The notes beneath the pieces are model-generated. The model did no database searches. It saw nothing but the letters and a program-made list of their open reading frames with translations, and was not told the origin of the DNA. Made by a program: the position numbers and the translations under genes. From Octopus vulgaris (Eukaryota): DNA of 64,000 nt. Positions within the stretch are counted from its first letter, which is position 1. The number at the start of each line of letters is the position of its first letter. The stretch is taken from positions 71,424,001 to 71,488,000 of the forward strand of contig OX597826.1 in assembly GCA_951406725.2 (NCBI GenBank). Direction: 5' to 3'. This document shows, piece by piece, positions 28,310-41,086 of the stretch.

Positions 28310-28440
28310 GAAGCTTTTAAGGCACATGATCTGCGAGAAACACTAGAAACTGTTCTGAAATCCCTGAATGAGGAAAGCGGTCCTTCTTGGAAAAAAATTT
28401 GGAAAAGGTTTAATGTTTTAGATGCAGTCAACATAATAAA
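28310..28440 (+). pseudogene. pogo/Tigger-like transposase fragment
   Basis: AFKAHDLRETLE...WKKIWKRFNVLDAVNII resembles the end of the Tigger DDE domain. Confidence 0.5.
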
Positions 28441-28545
28441 CTTTCAAACATTCAAAGGAATCAGATACAAAATGTGGTAAAGTGGGTTCCTCCCACTGGT
28501 GTGACGTGTGACTACCATTGTACTGTAGATGCTGTTCTACTTTAG

Positions 28546-28970
28546 TAGGAGTGACTGTGTGGTAAGTAGCTTGTTTACCAACCACATGGTTCCGGGTTCA
28601 GTCCCACTGCGTGGCACCTTGGGCAAGTGTCTTCTGCTATAGCCTCGGGCCGACCAAAACCTTGTGAGTGGATTTGGTAGACGGAAACTGAAAGAAGCCC
28701 GTCGTATATATGTATATATATATATATATATATATGTTGTGTGTGTGTGTGTGTGTGTGTTTGTGTTTGTGTGTTTGTCCCCCTAGCATTGCTTGACAAC
28801 CGATGCTGGTGTGTTTATGTCCCCGTCACTTAGCGGTTCGGCAAAAGAGACCGATAGAATAAGTACTGGGCTTACAAAGAATAAGTCCCGGGGTCGAGTT
28901 GCTCGATTAAAAGCGGTGCTCCAGCTTGGCCGCAGTCAACTGACTGAAATAAGTAAGAGAGTAAGAGAGA
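28546..28970 (+). mobile_element. SINE family B
   Basis: Homology to other copies. Confidence 0.92.
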
Positions 28971-29429
28971 GTAATAGTTACTAGTCATCGTTGTATCTCT
29001 TCGTATCGGAACAGTAATACACTAACTTCTGTCTTACTACCGTTGATAGCTCCACAAGACACCTACTACAACTGTTGACTCAACTCTTCGACTCTCGACC
29101 CCATCTTGACGACCGGCTACTGGTGTATTTATAATGGCTGAATCCTACCACTTTTTATCGGGAGGGGTATACAGTTCCACTATACAACAAAAAATTACAT
29201 GACTCCACAGTGTCTTCAAATCCACGAGGTCATGAGATTTGGACAGACGAAGAAATTCAAGTTCCTTGTTTTCGTTTTTTCTTTTTATCTTTTACTTGTT
29301 TCAGTCATTAGACCTCTAAGTCTGATACTTATTCTATCGATCTCTTTAGCTGAACCGCTAATTACAGGGATGTAAACACAGCAACACCGGTTGACAAGAG
29401 GTGCAGAAAGTGGTGAACAAACACAGACA

Positions 29430-29472
<43 letters not shown>

Positions 29473-29620
29473 TTATACCAAATCCTTTCACTGTACTTGG
29501 AACCATATGGTTGGGAAGCAAGCTTCTTACCACAGAGTATGTTTAGCAAAATAAACCACTCATGGTTCTAAATTTTAAAAAAAAAGCTTATAAAAGGATG
29601 AAACAATTAGTGACATTGAC

Positions 29621-30296
29621 TGGAGGTGAATAGTTTTCCTTTATGCTTTTGGTGGAGGTGAATAGTTTTCCTTTATGCTTTTGGTGGAGGTGAATAGTTT
29701 TCCTTTATGCTTTTGGTGGAGGTGAATAGTTTTCCTTTATGCTTTTGGTGGAGGTGAATAGTTTTCCTTTATGCTTTTGGTGGAGGTGAATAGTTTTCCT
29801 TTATGCTTTTGGTGGAGGTGAATAGTTTTCCTTTATGCTTTTGGTGGAGGTGAATAGTTTTCCTTTATGCTTTTGGTGGAGGTGAATAGTTTTCCTTTAT
29901 GCTTTTGGTGGAGGTGAATAGTTTTCCTTTATGCTTTTGGTGGAGGTGAATAGTTTTCCTTTATGCTTTTGGTGGAGGTGAATAGTTTTCCTTTATGCTT
30001 TTGGTGGAGGTGAATAGTTTTCCTTTATGCTTTTGGTGGAGGTGAATAGTTTTCCTTTATGCTTTTGGTGGAGGTGAATAGTTTTCCTTTATGCTTTTGG
30101 TGGAGGTGAATAGTTTTCCTTTATGCTTTTGGTGGAGGTGAATAGTTTTCCTTTATGCTTTTGGTGGAGGTGAATAGTTTTCCTTTATGCTTTTGGTGGA
30201 GGTGAATAGTTTTCCTTTATGCTTTTGGTGGAGGGGAATAGTTTTCCTTTATGCTTTTGGTGGAGGTGAATAGTTTTCCTTTATGCTTTTGGTGGA
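29621..30296. repeat. 32 bp minisatellite, 21 copies
   Basis: Unit TGGAGGTGAATAGTTTTCCTTTATGCTTTTGG; only one substitution seen (near 30235). Confidence 0.98.
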
Positions 30297-30540
30297 ACAG
30301 ATAAAACTTTTTGGTCAACTTGTTTAACAAATGCTCTTTCGCCACGCCAAACTGCTACTGCAGTGGCTGCATCTGAAATTACTGCAACTTTTCTCACGTG
30401 TGACAAGACTTCTCATTACGTACAATATTGGCAAAGAGTCTAGAGAAAAAGGTTCTGAAGAAGACCAAGTTGATTACATGGATTAAGTGCACAATGTCGA
30501 GGCTCTCAATTACATCTTACAAGATCCCAGAGGAAGTGCT

Positions 30541-30772
30541 TTTGAGTTGGTGCAGAATTATTGCGGCATTTTTTCAATAAATTTTATTCAACAAAAACAA
30601 TAACAGCATGTAACAAAAACATCTTTAAATGATTATTCCGGAGCATATTCACCATCTGCTTCAATTACTGCTTCCCATTTGCTTGGCAGACGGTCAGACC
30701 GTCATTTAAAGATGTTTTTGTTGAATACAATTTGTTGACGAAAAGCCGCAATAATTAGGCACCAACCCAATA
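30541..30772. mobile_element. Mariner-derived MITE (MADE1-like TIRs)
   Basis: TTGAGTTGGTGCAGAATTATTGCGGC...GCCGCAATAATTAGGCACCAACCCAATA; long imperfect inverted arms. Confidence 0.8.
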
Positions 30773-31476
30773 AAACTTTGAGCGGAATCGTAACCTTGCT
30801 CTCTGATAACTTCAGGCAAATTCTAACAGCCACTCCAAAGGGTAGATCTGTACATGAGTTGAGAGAACACCATGAACAATCATACTTGGAGACGAGTGGA
30901 AAACCTTAATCCTCTTACCAGCATGGGAAATGCGCTTAAGAGAGAGGCATTAGCACTCTAGTAGTTTGTAAGATGTGTGGCTACAGTTGTGCAGTGGTCA
31001 GCTACCAGTTGATATTGGGAGCAGAGATGTTGCAGTATCAAAAAATTGTGGAACAATTCATCAACAGATGTCCAGAAATGTTATAGAAAATTTAAGTTAA
31101 CGTTCTACAGGATTATAGAAATCCCTGAATGGTTTTGTAAATGTGCCACGTTTGCTCCCCAAGCTATAAAATTTTGCAGGATTTAACTGCAACAGTCATA
31201 CAACAGCTACAAGACCAATCTAGATTGAACGGTTCAACATGCACTCTAATTAAGGCTAATGATGATTCGTCCACATTACTCTGTAAGGAGCATAGGGCCT
31301 GTTTCCCAATGTCTCAGACGTATATTTTCCTCCCTGGACGGGACGCCGGTCCGTCGCATGATAACCCATCTTTACCAGCTGAGCAGACTGGTGTAACGTG
31401 AAAGGAAGTGTTTTGCTAAAGACTAGTCCAGGAATCGAAACCGCAATCTTACAATCATGAGTCTAACATCGTAACC

Positions 31477-32640
31477 TATTTCTTTACTACCCACAAGGGG
31501 CTAAACACCTAAACACAGAAGGGACAAACAAGGACAGACTAACGGATTTAAGTCGATTGTATCAACCCCAGTGCGTAACTGGTACTTAATTTATCGACCC
31601 TGAAAGGATAAAAGGCAAAGTTAACCTCGGCGGAATTTGAACTCAGAACGTAACGGCAGACGAAATACCTATTTCTTTATTACCTACAAGGGTCTAAACA
31701 TAGAGGGGACAAACAAGGACAGACAAAGGGATTTAAGTCGATTATATCGACCCCAGTGCGTAACTGGTACTTAATTTATCGACCCCGAAAGGATGAGAGG
31801 CAAAGTCAACCTCGGCGGAATTTGAACTCAGAACGTAACGGCAGACGAAATACCTATTTCTTTACTACCCACAAGGGGTTAAACACAGGGAGGACAAACA
31901 AGGACATACAAACGGGTTAAGTCGATTATATCGACCTCAGTGCGTAACTGGTACTTAATTTATCGACCCCGAAAGGATGAAAGGCAAAGTCGACCTCGGC
32001 GGAATTTGAACTCAGAACGCAACGGCAGACGAAATACCTATTTCTTTACTACCCAGAAGGGGTTAAACACAGGGAGGACAAACAAGGACATACAAACGGG
32101 TTAAGTCGATTATATCGACCTCAGTGCGTAACTGGTACTTAATTTATCGACCCCGAAAGGATGAAAGGCAAAGTCGACCTCGGCGGAATTTGAACTCAGA
32201 ACGTAACGGCAGACGAAATACCTATTTCTTTACTACCCACAAGGGGTTAAACACAGGGAGGACAAACAAGGACATACAAACGGGTTAAGTCGATTATATC
32301 GACCTCAGTGCGTAACTGGTACTTAATTTATCGACCCCGAAAGGATGAAAGGCAAAGTCGACCTCGGCGGAATTTGAACTCAGAACGCAACGGCAGACGA
32401 AATGCCTATTTCTTTATTACCCACAAGGGGCTAAACACAGAGGGAACAAACAAGGACAGACATAGGTATTAAGTCGATTACATCGACCCCAGTTCGTAAC
32501 TGGTACTTAATTTATCGACCCCGAAAGGATGAAAGGCAAAGTCGACCTCGGCGGAATTTTGAACTCAGAACGTAACGGCAGACGAAATACCGCTACGCAT
32601 TTCATCCGGCGTGCTAACGTTTCGGCCAGCTCGTCGCCTC
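31477..32640 (-). mobile_element. SINE family C array: one head + 6 bodies, inserted in a family D SINE head
   Basis: Unit boundaries 31475, 31668, 31853, 32037, 32221, 32405; perfect 19 bp TSD TGAGTCTAACATCGTAACC (31458-31476, 32641-32659). Confidence 0.95.
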
Positions 32641-32949
32641 TGAGTCTAACATCGTAACCACTAAGCCAAGGATGTCGTAAAGTCAGCCATTTTGTTGATG
32701 CATAATTAACAGCCATTATTTCAGTTTCAAATCTTTTGCGGTCGGATTAATATTGATTGTGTTATTTCCTAACCTTCTTTACAATGTCAAGTGATAGTGA
32801 CTGCAGTGTTTCTAGTCTAAGCTAAGCCTAATGCTAATGCTTTATGTGGAAGAGCTTATTTAATCTTTATTTGTTTCTGATTTCTGGAATATTAATATCA
32901 GCATGATTACGTAATAATTTTAATTGTTAATTTTAATCGCCCATTATTT

Positions 32950-34650
32950 GGTCATGTCATCTGATACTAAGAAGAGAAAAATCCTATGGACAGGAAAATA
33001 TTTCGTAATTAAAACATGCAATAATATTATCTGCCTCATATGTAATGATAAAAATGTTGTATGTAAGGAATATAATATTAAGCGTCACTATGCTGCCAAA
33101 CGTGAGTCACAATATAAAATAATTAAACGGGAAAAGAAAATGAATTGAAGAAGAGGCTTAGTTCACAACAAAGCAATTTCAAAAAACTTGTTGGGAAAAC
33201 TGGTACAAGTACAAAGGTTAGTTATTTAATAGCTGAAAAATTGGCTCAAAAGGGTAGATGACGAATTAATAAAAGAATGCTTTTAGTGAATATTGTCCCG
33301 AGAAGGTGAACTTATTCAAATGAAACAAGTCTGCCGCATCAGACAATTGGTAGAAGAATTGATGACTTAGCTGAGAGTATTGTAGGTACATTACAGACTC
33401 AATTATCTAAATGTGTTCATTACAGTTTAGTATTGGACGAAAGTACCGATCAAAGTAATACTGCACAATTGGTTATTTTCCTCAGAGAAATTTATTTCAA
33501 TTTTAATACCGTTAAAGGAATGTTGGACGGGTGTCATGTGAAGGGTTCAACAACTGGCAGGGACATAATTGAGCATGTTTATTTATCATTAGAAAAGTTC
33601 AATGTCGATAGAAATAAAGTTCGATTACAACTGATGGTGCTTTTGCATTAACTAGTAAAAACAAATGGGCTTATTACTTTATTCAAAGAAATGGTTGATC
33701 ATGATATACTTAGCTATCATTGCTTGATTCATCAACAGCAATTATATGCTTAAAAATTAAATATGAAACAGTTGATGACAGATATTGTGAACGTTGTTAA
33801 TTTTATTAGATCTCGGAGCTTGAACCATCGTACATTCAAAGCATACATGATAGAAGTTGGCAGTGAGTATGGAGACGTTATTTTTTTCTCAAACGTCAGA
33901 TGACTCAGCCAAGCAGCAACTTTGAATAGGTTTCAATTATTGTTGCCTGAAGTAAAACAGTTTATGCAAAAAAAAAAATATCGATTTTTTGGCAAATGAA
34001 GAATGGTTGAATGACCTGTCCTTCTTGGTAGATATCACTGAAATGTTAGCTGAACTTAATTTGCATTTACGAGGAAAAAAGCAGTTATTGTCCAATGTTT
34101 GAGCGAATAAGTTTTACTAAGAAATTAGAACTTTTCATAATACAATTGAAGGGTGAAGAAATTGTACATTTTCAGAATCTATCTAAAAGACTAGAAGAAT
34201 TTCCTGTGAATTTTGAAAAATTACACTAAATTATGTGAAGCTTTGTTAGATTTTACAACCAGGTTTTCTGACTTCAGAAAGATGGAAACTGAACTAAAAT
34301 TGTTGAGTGATCCATTTTCATTTATTTATGTGGAAGCACCAGCCAAATACTAGCCAGAACTCATTGAACTTCAAAGTAGAGAATATTTGAAAACTTATCA
34401 TAGAAAATATGTCCTTAACTTTTACAAGAAATTGCATTCTTTCAATGAATTTAATCAAACTACCAATTTAGTTAGAAAACTATTGTGCGTGTGAGGTGTG
34501 AACAATTCTTTTCGTGTAAGAAAAAACATCAAAACTGCTGAAAGAAATAGGCTGAGTGATGGCTATTTAACTAAGATTTTTAGAGTAAAGAATAGTACCA
34601 TAAAAACAGATATTGAGAATATCATAAAAGGAAAGCAATGATAAAAATCA
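32950..34650 (+). pseudogene. hAT transposase remnant (Charlie/SPIN, GTF2IRD2-like)
   Basis: ICLIC...KEYNIKRHY, YSLVLDESTD..NTAQL, YHCLIHQQ, VVNFIRSR, EWLNDLSFLVDIT, CEQFFS, with many stops; probable 3' TIR GGTTGGACATTCCT near 35310-35323. Confidence 0.9.
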
Positions 34651-34789
34651 GATTGGTTTTATTTTGTGTAAGTGTAAATTCATTTTCACTTTCTATAGCA
34701 CATTATTATGTATTTACGTTTGTTATTAAAAAATTAGAAATATTATTATTTCTAAGTCTCTCTAAAGGAAACTACGGCAGCGGTACTGG

Positions 34790-35201
34790 ATATTAATAGT
34801 TATCGCCAAGCTAATATGGCAGTCCATAAATATAGGATGAAAGCTGCCGTTGATTAGCTCCAAGAGGCCATCGCCTCTAGCTAGCTATATTTCTATTTTT
34901 GAAAACCAGTGGATGTATATCACTGAATTCAGGTAAATAATCCTTCGAACAGGTGGTCAGTAGCGACGCCTACTGAGCTCGGTTACTCCGCATTGATAAA
35001 GGGCAAATACCCTGAAACATATCTGCAGATGCCTGAGCAGCAAGGGGAAGCGGCTGACCTCTCCTGTTCGAAGGTTATAATGGACACAGGTTCGTGTGTC
35101 ATATAGCTAGCTAGAGGCGATGGCCTCTTGGAGCTAATCAACGGCAGCTTTCGTCCTATATTTATGGACTGCCATATTAGCTTGGCGATGACTATTAATA
35201 T
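34790..35201 (+). mobile_element. Fold-back retrozyme/Penelope-like element
   Basis: 101 bp inverted arms (2 mismatches) around a structured core containing a hammerhead motif. Confidence 0.7.
34987..35029 (+). ncRNA. Type I hammerhead ribozyme motif, U3-A8 variant, slightly decayed
   Basis: UCCGCA-UUGAUAA-AGGG(CAAAUA)CCCU-GAA-ACAUAU-C-UGCAGA. Confidence 0.6.
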
Positions 35202-35334
35202 TAAAAAATTCTGTTCACTATATTTTGAACTTTTTAAAAATTTATATCTTAGTACTTTTGTGGCCCGGTGAATATACTCAAATTTATAATTTGGCCCACG
35301 AAGAAAAAAGGTTGGACATTCCTACACTAAGCCA

Positions 35335-35790
35335 TGCACCTCCACTAATGCAAACGATGCAGTCTGTAAATTATTTAACAAAATTCTTCTACTCTCTTCA
35401 GCCTACTGGTGTTCCTCCTCGCAATACACAACTAAAAGTGGAAGTGCTTCAAATCCGGATCCGCCAAAACTCTTCAACAACACAAGAATCGTCGCCAAAA
35501 TTCTTGTGCCCATGTGTTCCAAACGACCTTTATTGTTTATTGTACCATGGGGAAGGTTTTCACTCCACTCATTCCTCTCGTCCCATCATTTATGCCATTC
35601 CAGTACAAGGATCTTTTGCTGTAACTATCATCAAGCCCCATGGACAGTTTCTTGAAAAGACAAACTCAGGAGTTTCTCTCATGGTCGTCTCTATCCTACA
35701 TACTCAGACAATGAAGCAAGCAAACATATTTTCACCGTCAAGCTATAGAGCAAGAATCGTTGTCTTCCACCAGAAATTTTGCTTATTAAA
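35335..35790 (+). pseudogene. Helitron helicase C-terminal remnant
   Basis: NYLTKFFYSLQPTGVPP..LKV, FAVTIIKPHGQFL and FSHGRLY match PIF1 C-terminal motifs; probably continues 29545-31210. Confidence 0.65.
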
Positions 35791-36307
35791 CAAGTTTTTG
35801 TTTGAATTGCTTGTTCTGGCATTGCAGTAAACACAGTCACCACAAAATATTCACGCAATATAGAAGCCAAGACCCCCCACCCCACCCCCCAAAAAAAACG
35901 AAAAAAGAAAAAAATTATACATTTTACACATATTTGCGTTACGCTTGTATAATTATATGCAGAAGAAACAACATAAGTTATAACCACAAATTGTGTCATT
36001 TATTTAAACAAACAAGCAAAAAGCCCGGATAAAGTCAAGAGCCTTGGCTATCAGAATATAATTACGTTCTTACTATACACATTTTCACACTTTCATGCTC
36101 ATACAGATACTCTGTCTAGTTGGCTTGCATATGATTAAAATACTACTAGAGTTTAATTAGGTGCGGATATTTACATATCAAAAGATATGCAACAAGTTCT
36201 ACTTAAAATTAGTTCTTTAGACATTGTGTGAAATATGGGAATGTGCATGGCTATAATTATATTGTAGAACTTAATGAACTTGCCCTCGAGTTTTTATCCA
36301 CATATAC

Positions 36308-36720
36308 TCTTTTTTACTCTTTTTACTTGTTTCAGTCATTTGACTGCGGCCATGCTGGAGCACCGCTTTTAGTCGAGCAAATCGACCCCGGGACTTATTC
36401 TTTGTAAGCCCAGTACTTATTCTATCGGTCTCTTTTGCCGAACCGCTAAGTTACGGGGACGTAAACACACTAGCATCGGTTGTCAAGCAATGCTAGGGGA
36501 ACAAACACAGACACACAAACATATTCACACACACTTATATATATATATATATACATATATACGACAGGCTTCTTTCAGTTTCCGTCTACCAAATCCACTC
36601 ACAAGGCATTGGTCGGCCCGGGGCTATAGCAGAAGACACGTGCCCAAGATGCCACGCAGTGACACTGAACCCGGAACCATGTGGTTGGTTAGCAAGCTAC
36701 TTACCAAACAGCCACTCCTG
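36308..36720 (-). mobile_element. SINE family B
   Basis: Homology to other copies. Confidence 0.92.
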
Positions 36721-36966
36721 AAAAAAAGTATTTATGCCAGAACGGAGAGTTGGCAGAACCGTTAGCAAAATGCTTAGCGGCGTTTCGTTTGTCTGTGCGT
36801 TCTGACTTCAAGTTCCGTCGAGATCGACTTTGCTTTCAACCTTTCGGGGGTCGATAAAATAAGTACTATTTCAACGCTGGGGGTCGATGTAATCGATATA
36901 CCCGCCGCCTCCTCCAAAATTGCTGGCTTTGTGCCAAAATGTGAAACCAGTATTGTGCAAAGATAA

Positions 36967-37558
36967 GACGGCGAGCTGGCAGAAACGTTAGCACACCGGG
37001 CGAAATGCTTAGCGGTATTTCGTCTGTCGTTACGTTCTGAGTTCAAATTCCGCCGAGGTCGACTTTGCCTTTCATCCTTTCGAGGTCGATAAATAAAGTA
37101 CCAGTTTCGCACTGGGGTCGATATAATCGACTTAATCCCTTTGTCTGACCTTGTTTGTCCCCTCTGTGTTTGGCCCCTTGTGGGTAATAAAGAAATAGGT
37201 ATTTCGTCTGTCCTTACGTTCTGAGTTCAAATTCCGCCGAGGTCGACTTTGCCTTTCATCCTTTCGGGGTCGATAAATAAAGTACCAGTTTCGCACTGGG
37301 GTCGATATAATCGACTTAATCCCTTTGTCTGACCTTGTTTGTCCCCTCTGTGTTTAGCCCCCTGTGGGTAATAAAGAAATAGGTATTTCGTCTGTCGTTA
37401 CGTTCTGAGTTCAAATTCCGCCAAGGTCGACTTTGCCTTTCATCCTTTCGGGGTCGATCAAATAAGTACCAGTTTCGCACTGAGGTCGATATAATCGACT
37501 TCATCCCTTTGTCTGACCTTGTTTGTCCCCTCTGCCCCTTGTGGGTAGTAAAGAAATA
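36967..37558 (+). mobile_element. SINE family C array: head + 3 bodies (older monomer at 36742-36950)
   Basis: Unit starts 37015, 37199, 37383 (184 bp period). Confidence 0.92.
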
Positions 37559-38200
37559 TATATTTTGCCAGCATGTGTTCAGAGTCAGAGTCCACCTAGA
37601 GTTGTAGTTAGCACCCATTCTGATAAGTCAAATCAGTGCAATTTAGGAAATGTTTTTATTATCTCATAAGAAAAGAAATTTATGAATCTATATAGCAAAA
37701 TACGTGACATATTTCCCCTTTTATTTCATACATACATGCCAAGCCAAACGGAACTAGAATTTCTTGTCAAATTTGCGCACTTGTTCGTCTGAAGGGACTC
37801 TAATTAATATGATCGATATTAAAAATGTTTGCGACTAAAACTGCACAAGCTGCTGAAAGACATCTTTCACGATAAAATCAATCAAATTTTATTTATATAT
37901 CCGCTGTGGATATTAGCGATTTTCTGGAATTATGCAACGTTTCCAAATAAGAAATATATGAAAATGGGTTATCGTAGTTCATAATTAGCGAGGTAAAGTG
38001 CTCTGCTAAAAAAAAAATGTGTTTAATATCTTGTCAAGGATATTGTTTTCTGTAAAGGTAATTTTATTTTTACAAATTCATTTCGATAAATTTTTTTATA
38101 ATTATTTCTACCAGAAGTAACAGAGAATCACCAATAAGTGGTGGATGCAGTGACAAGCTGTTACAGCGCATGCCCCCATACTACTACTACTACTACTACT

Positions 38201-38588
38201 TGATGGATGGAAGCACTCCGTCGGTTACGACGACGAGGGTTCCGGTTGATCCAAATCAACGGAACAGCCTGCTCGTGAAATTAACGTGTAAGTGGCTGAG
38301 CACTCCACAGACACGTGTACCCTTAACGTAGTTCTCGGGGATATTCAGCGTGACACAGAGAGTGACAAGGCCGGCCCTTTGAAATACAGGTACAACAGAA
38401 ACAGGAAGTAAGAGTGAGAGAAAGTGGTGGTGAAAGAGTACAGCAGGGATCACCACCATCCCCTGCCGGAGCCTCGTGGAGCTTTAGGTGTTTTCGCTCA
38501 ATAAACACTCACAACGCCCGGTCTGGGAATCGAAACCGCGATCCTACGACCGCGAGTCCGCTGCCCTAACCACTGGGCCATTGCGCCC
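38201..38588 (-). mobile_element. SINE family A, full length, in (TAC)n
   Basis: tRNA head at the right end; TACTACTACTT on both sides. Confidence 0.92.
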
Positions 38589-38849
38589 CCTACTACTACT
38601 TAACCCCACTATGTCAAATCAAAGAAAAGTCTATGCTTAATTTTAGAATATTGTAATAAAAAAAAAAATTAACAGATTTTTTTGTTTTTGTTTTTGTCGA
38701 GTTGGAGGGTAACCTGATCTGTTTAATTTGCAACAGACGACAAGTTTCTCTTGCCAAAGATATATGTGACTTGTTATGAGAATTAATTTAACGATTACAG
38801 CGACAAGATTAAAGAAAAAACAAAAAAAAAAGAGTTGCTAAACTACACA

Positions 38850-41055
38850 GTCAGTAAATCAGCAGTTTTTAAATACTTATATTGAAACGAGAAAAAAAAA
38901 AAAAGAGAAAATAGAAGCAAAAAAGAAGAAAAAATCCTTTTGCAGCTGAAGCTAGTTGTTATATGATTACAAATCAAATATTCATTTCGTCAAAGTCCTT
39001 TCAGAAAGCGAATTTGTAAGAAAAGAAAATTCATGATTACGGTTTCAGAGTTGGATTGTCCTGAAATTGTCCGGCAATTATTTTCAGATATATCAATGTC
39101 AAACAATTTTATTTCTGACAGTATTATGAATGTCTTTGAAAACTAAGACTTGCAACTTTAGAAGAAAGGTTGAATTCTTTTCTTACAATTTTCATTGCCA
39201 TTAATAAAAGCACCGACATTACCAATGAGGCTCAGTACTGTATCGTTTATTATTATTATTATTTTTTTAATGACGTTGATGAAGATATGTACATAATAGA
39301 AGAGTTTGCGGAATTTTATTGGTAGATCGTCATAAAGGAGATATATATATTCCAAGCTTTGGTTATCGCTTTACATAAATTAAACCCAAAACTGGAAACA
39401 GATTGTGAGCTTGACCACAGATGGCGTTCCGCAAATAGTAGAGAGTGATTTAGATGTAATGTCCAGATTAAAATCGGAATTACAGGCTGTAAATAACGAT
39501 CACTATCTCTATCGTGTTCATTGCATTATGCATCACGAAATGTTATGTTTTAGAGCTCTCAAAGTGGACCAAATCATTGTTATCGAGTAACAATCAGTTC
39601 ATTTTATATATGCACGTAGCTTCAATCACGGATAATTTGATAATTTTTCAAAGCGGTTCGATATTCCACTTGAAATACCTTATCACTGTGATATTGCTGA
39701 AGACGGCGAGCTGGCAGAATCGTTAGCACGCCGGGCGAAATGCTTAGCGGTATTTCGTCTGCCGTTACGTTCTAAGTTCAAATTCCGCCGAGGTCGACTT
39801 TGCCTTTCATCCTTTCGGGGTCGATTAAAAAAGTAACAGTTACGCACTGGGGTCGATGTAATCGACTTAATCCGTTTGTCTGTCGTTGTTTGTCCCCTCT
39901 GTGTTTAGCCCCTTGTGGGTAGTAAAGAAATAGATATTGCTGACTAAAGAAGGACATTGGATTAAAATGTTTCTGGGAATTGTTTGATGAATTACATTTT
40001 ACTCTTTTACTTGTTTCAGTCATTTGACTGCGGCCATGCTGGAGCACCGCTTTTAATCGAGCAACTCGACCCCGGGACTTATTCTTTTGTAAGCCCAGTA
40101 CTTATTCTATCGGTCTCTTTTGCCGAACCGCTAAGTGACGGGGACGTAAACACACACCAACATCGGTTGTCAAGCAATGCTAGGGGGACAAACACAGACA
40201 CACAAACACACACACACATACATATATATATACATATATACGACAGGCTTCTTTCCGTCTACCAAATCCACTCACAAGGCATTGGTCGGCTCGGGGCTAT
40301 AGCAGAAGACACTTGCCCAAGGTGCCACGCAGTGGGATTGAACCCAGAACCATGTGGTTGGTTAGCAAGCTACTTACCAACAGCCACTCCTGCGCCTATG
40401 TAAATATTTCTTGTAAATATTTTGTAAATGTTTCTTGAAAATGAAAGAAAAAAACGTGCCTTAATTTGACGATACCGAATGATATCGTCAAATTAAGCTT
40501 TTATGGTTGATATTGCGATTAATTTGAATGATCCGGATTAAAAAATACAAGGAAGCACTTTCTTCCGGCATTGAAACATTTGAAATCAAGTTTGAACTTT
40601 CGGTCAATCAAGTATCGATTTCAAGTTTTGGCACAAAACCAGCAATCTGGCAGAAAGCTAAGTCCATTCGATCACGGTACTTATTTTATCGACCCCGAAA
40701 GGATGAAAGGCAAAGTTGACTTCGACAACATTTGCACTGAGAACGTAAAGACGGACAAAATGCCGCGAAGCATTTTGTCCGGCATGCTGTTTCAGCAAGC
40801 TCACTGCCTCCGAACAAATAAAATATCGAAAAGGAATTTATTTCACTTTGAGTCTTTGAAATCGCGTGACTCTTCTTCCAATTACGAAATAATACAGGAG
40901 TGGCCGTGTGGTAAGTAGCTTGCTTACCAACCACATGGTTCTGGGTTCAGTCCTACTGCGTGGCATCTTGGGCAAGTGTCTTCTGCTATAGCCTCGGGCC
41001 GACCAAAGCCTTGTGAGTGGATTTGGTAGACGGAAACTGAAAGAAGCCTGTCGTA

Positions 41056-41086
<31 letters not shown>

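Larger units (their letters stand above)
29545..31210 (+). pseudogene. Decayed Helitron PIF1-type helicase, interrupted by a minisatellite and a MITE
   Basis: IVFLYAFGGTDKTF, AVAASEITATFL, VTLLSDNFRQIL..TPKG are colinear with the helicase at 61579-63092. Confidence 0.75.

Noticed and set aside
29621-30296. CRISPR-like 32 bp repeat
   Set aside because: No spacers, no cas genes, eukaryotic context; the unit derives from a helicase fossil.
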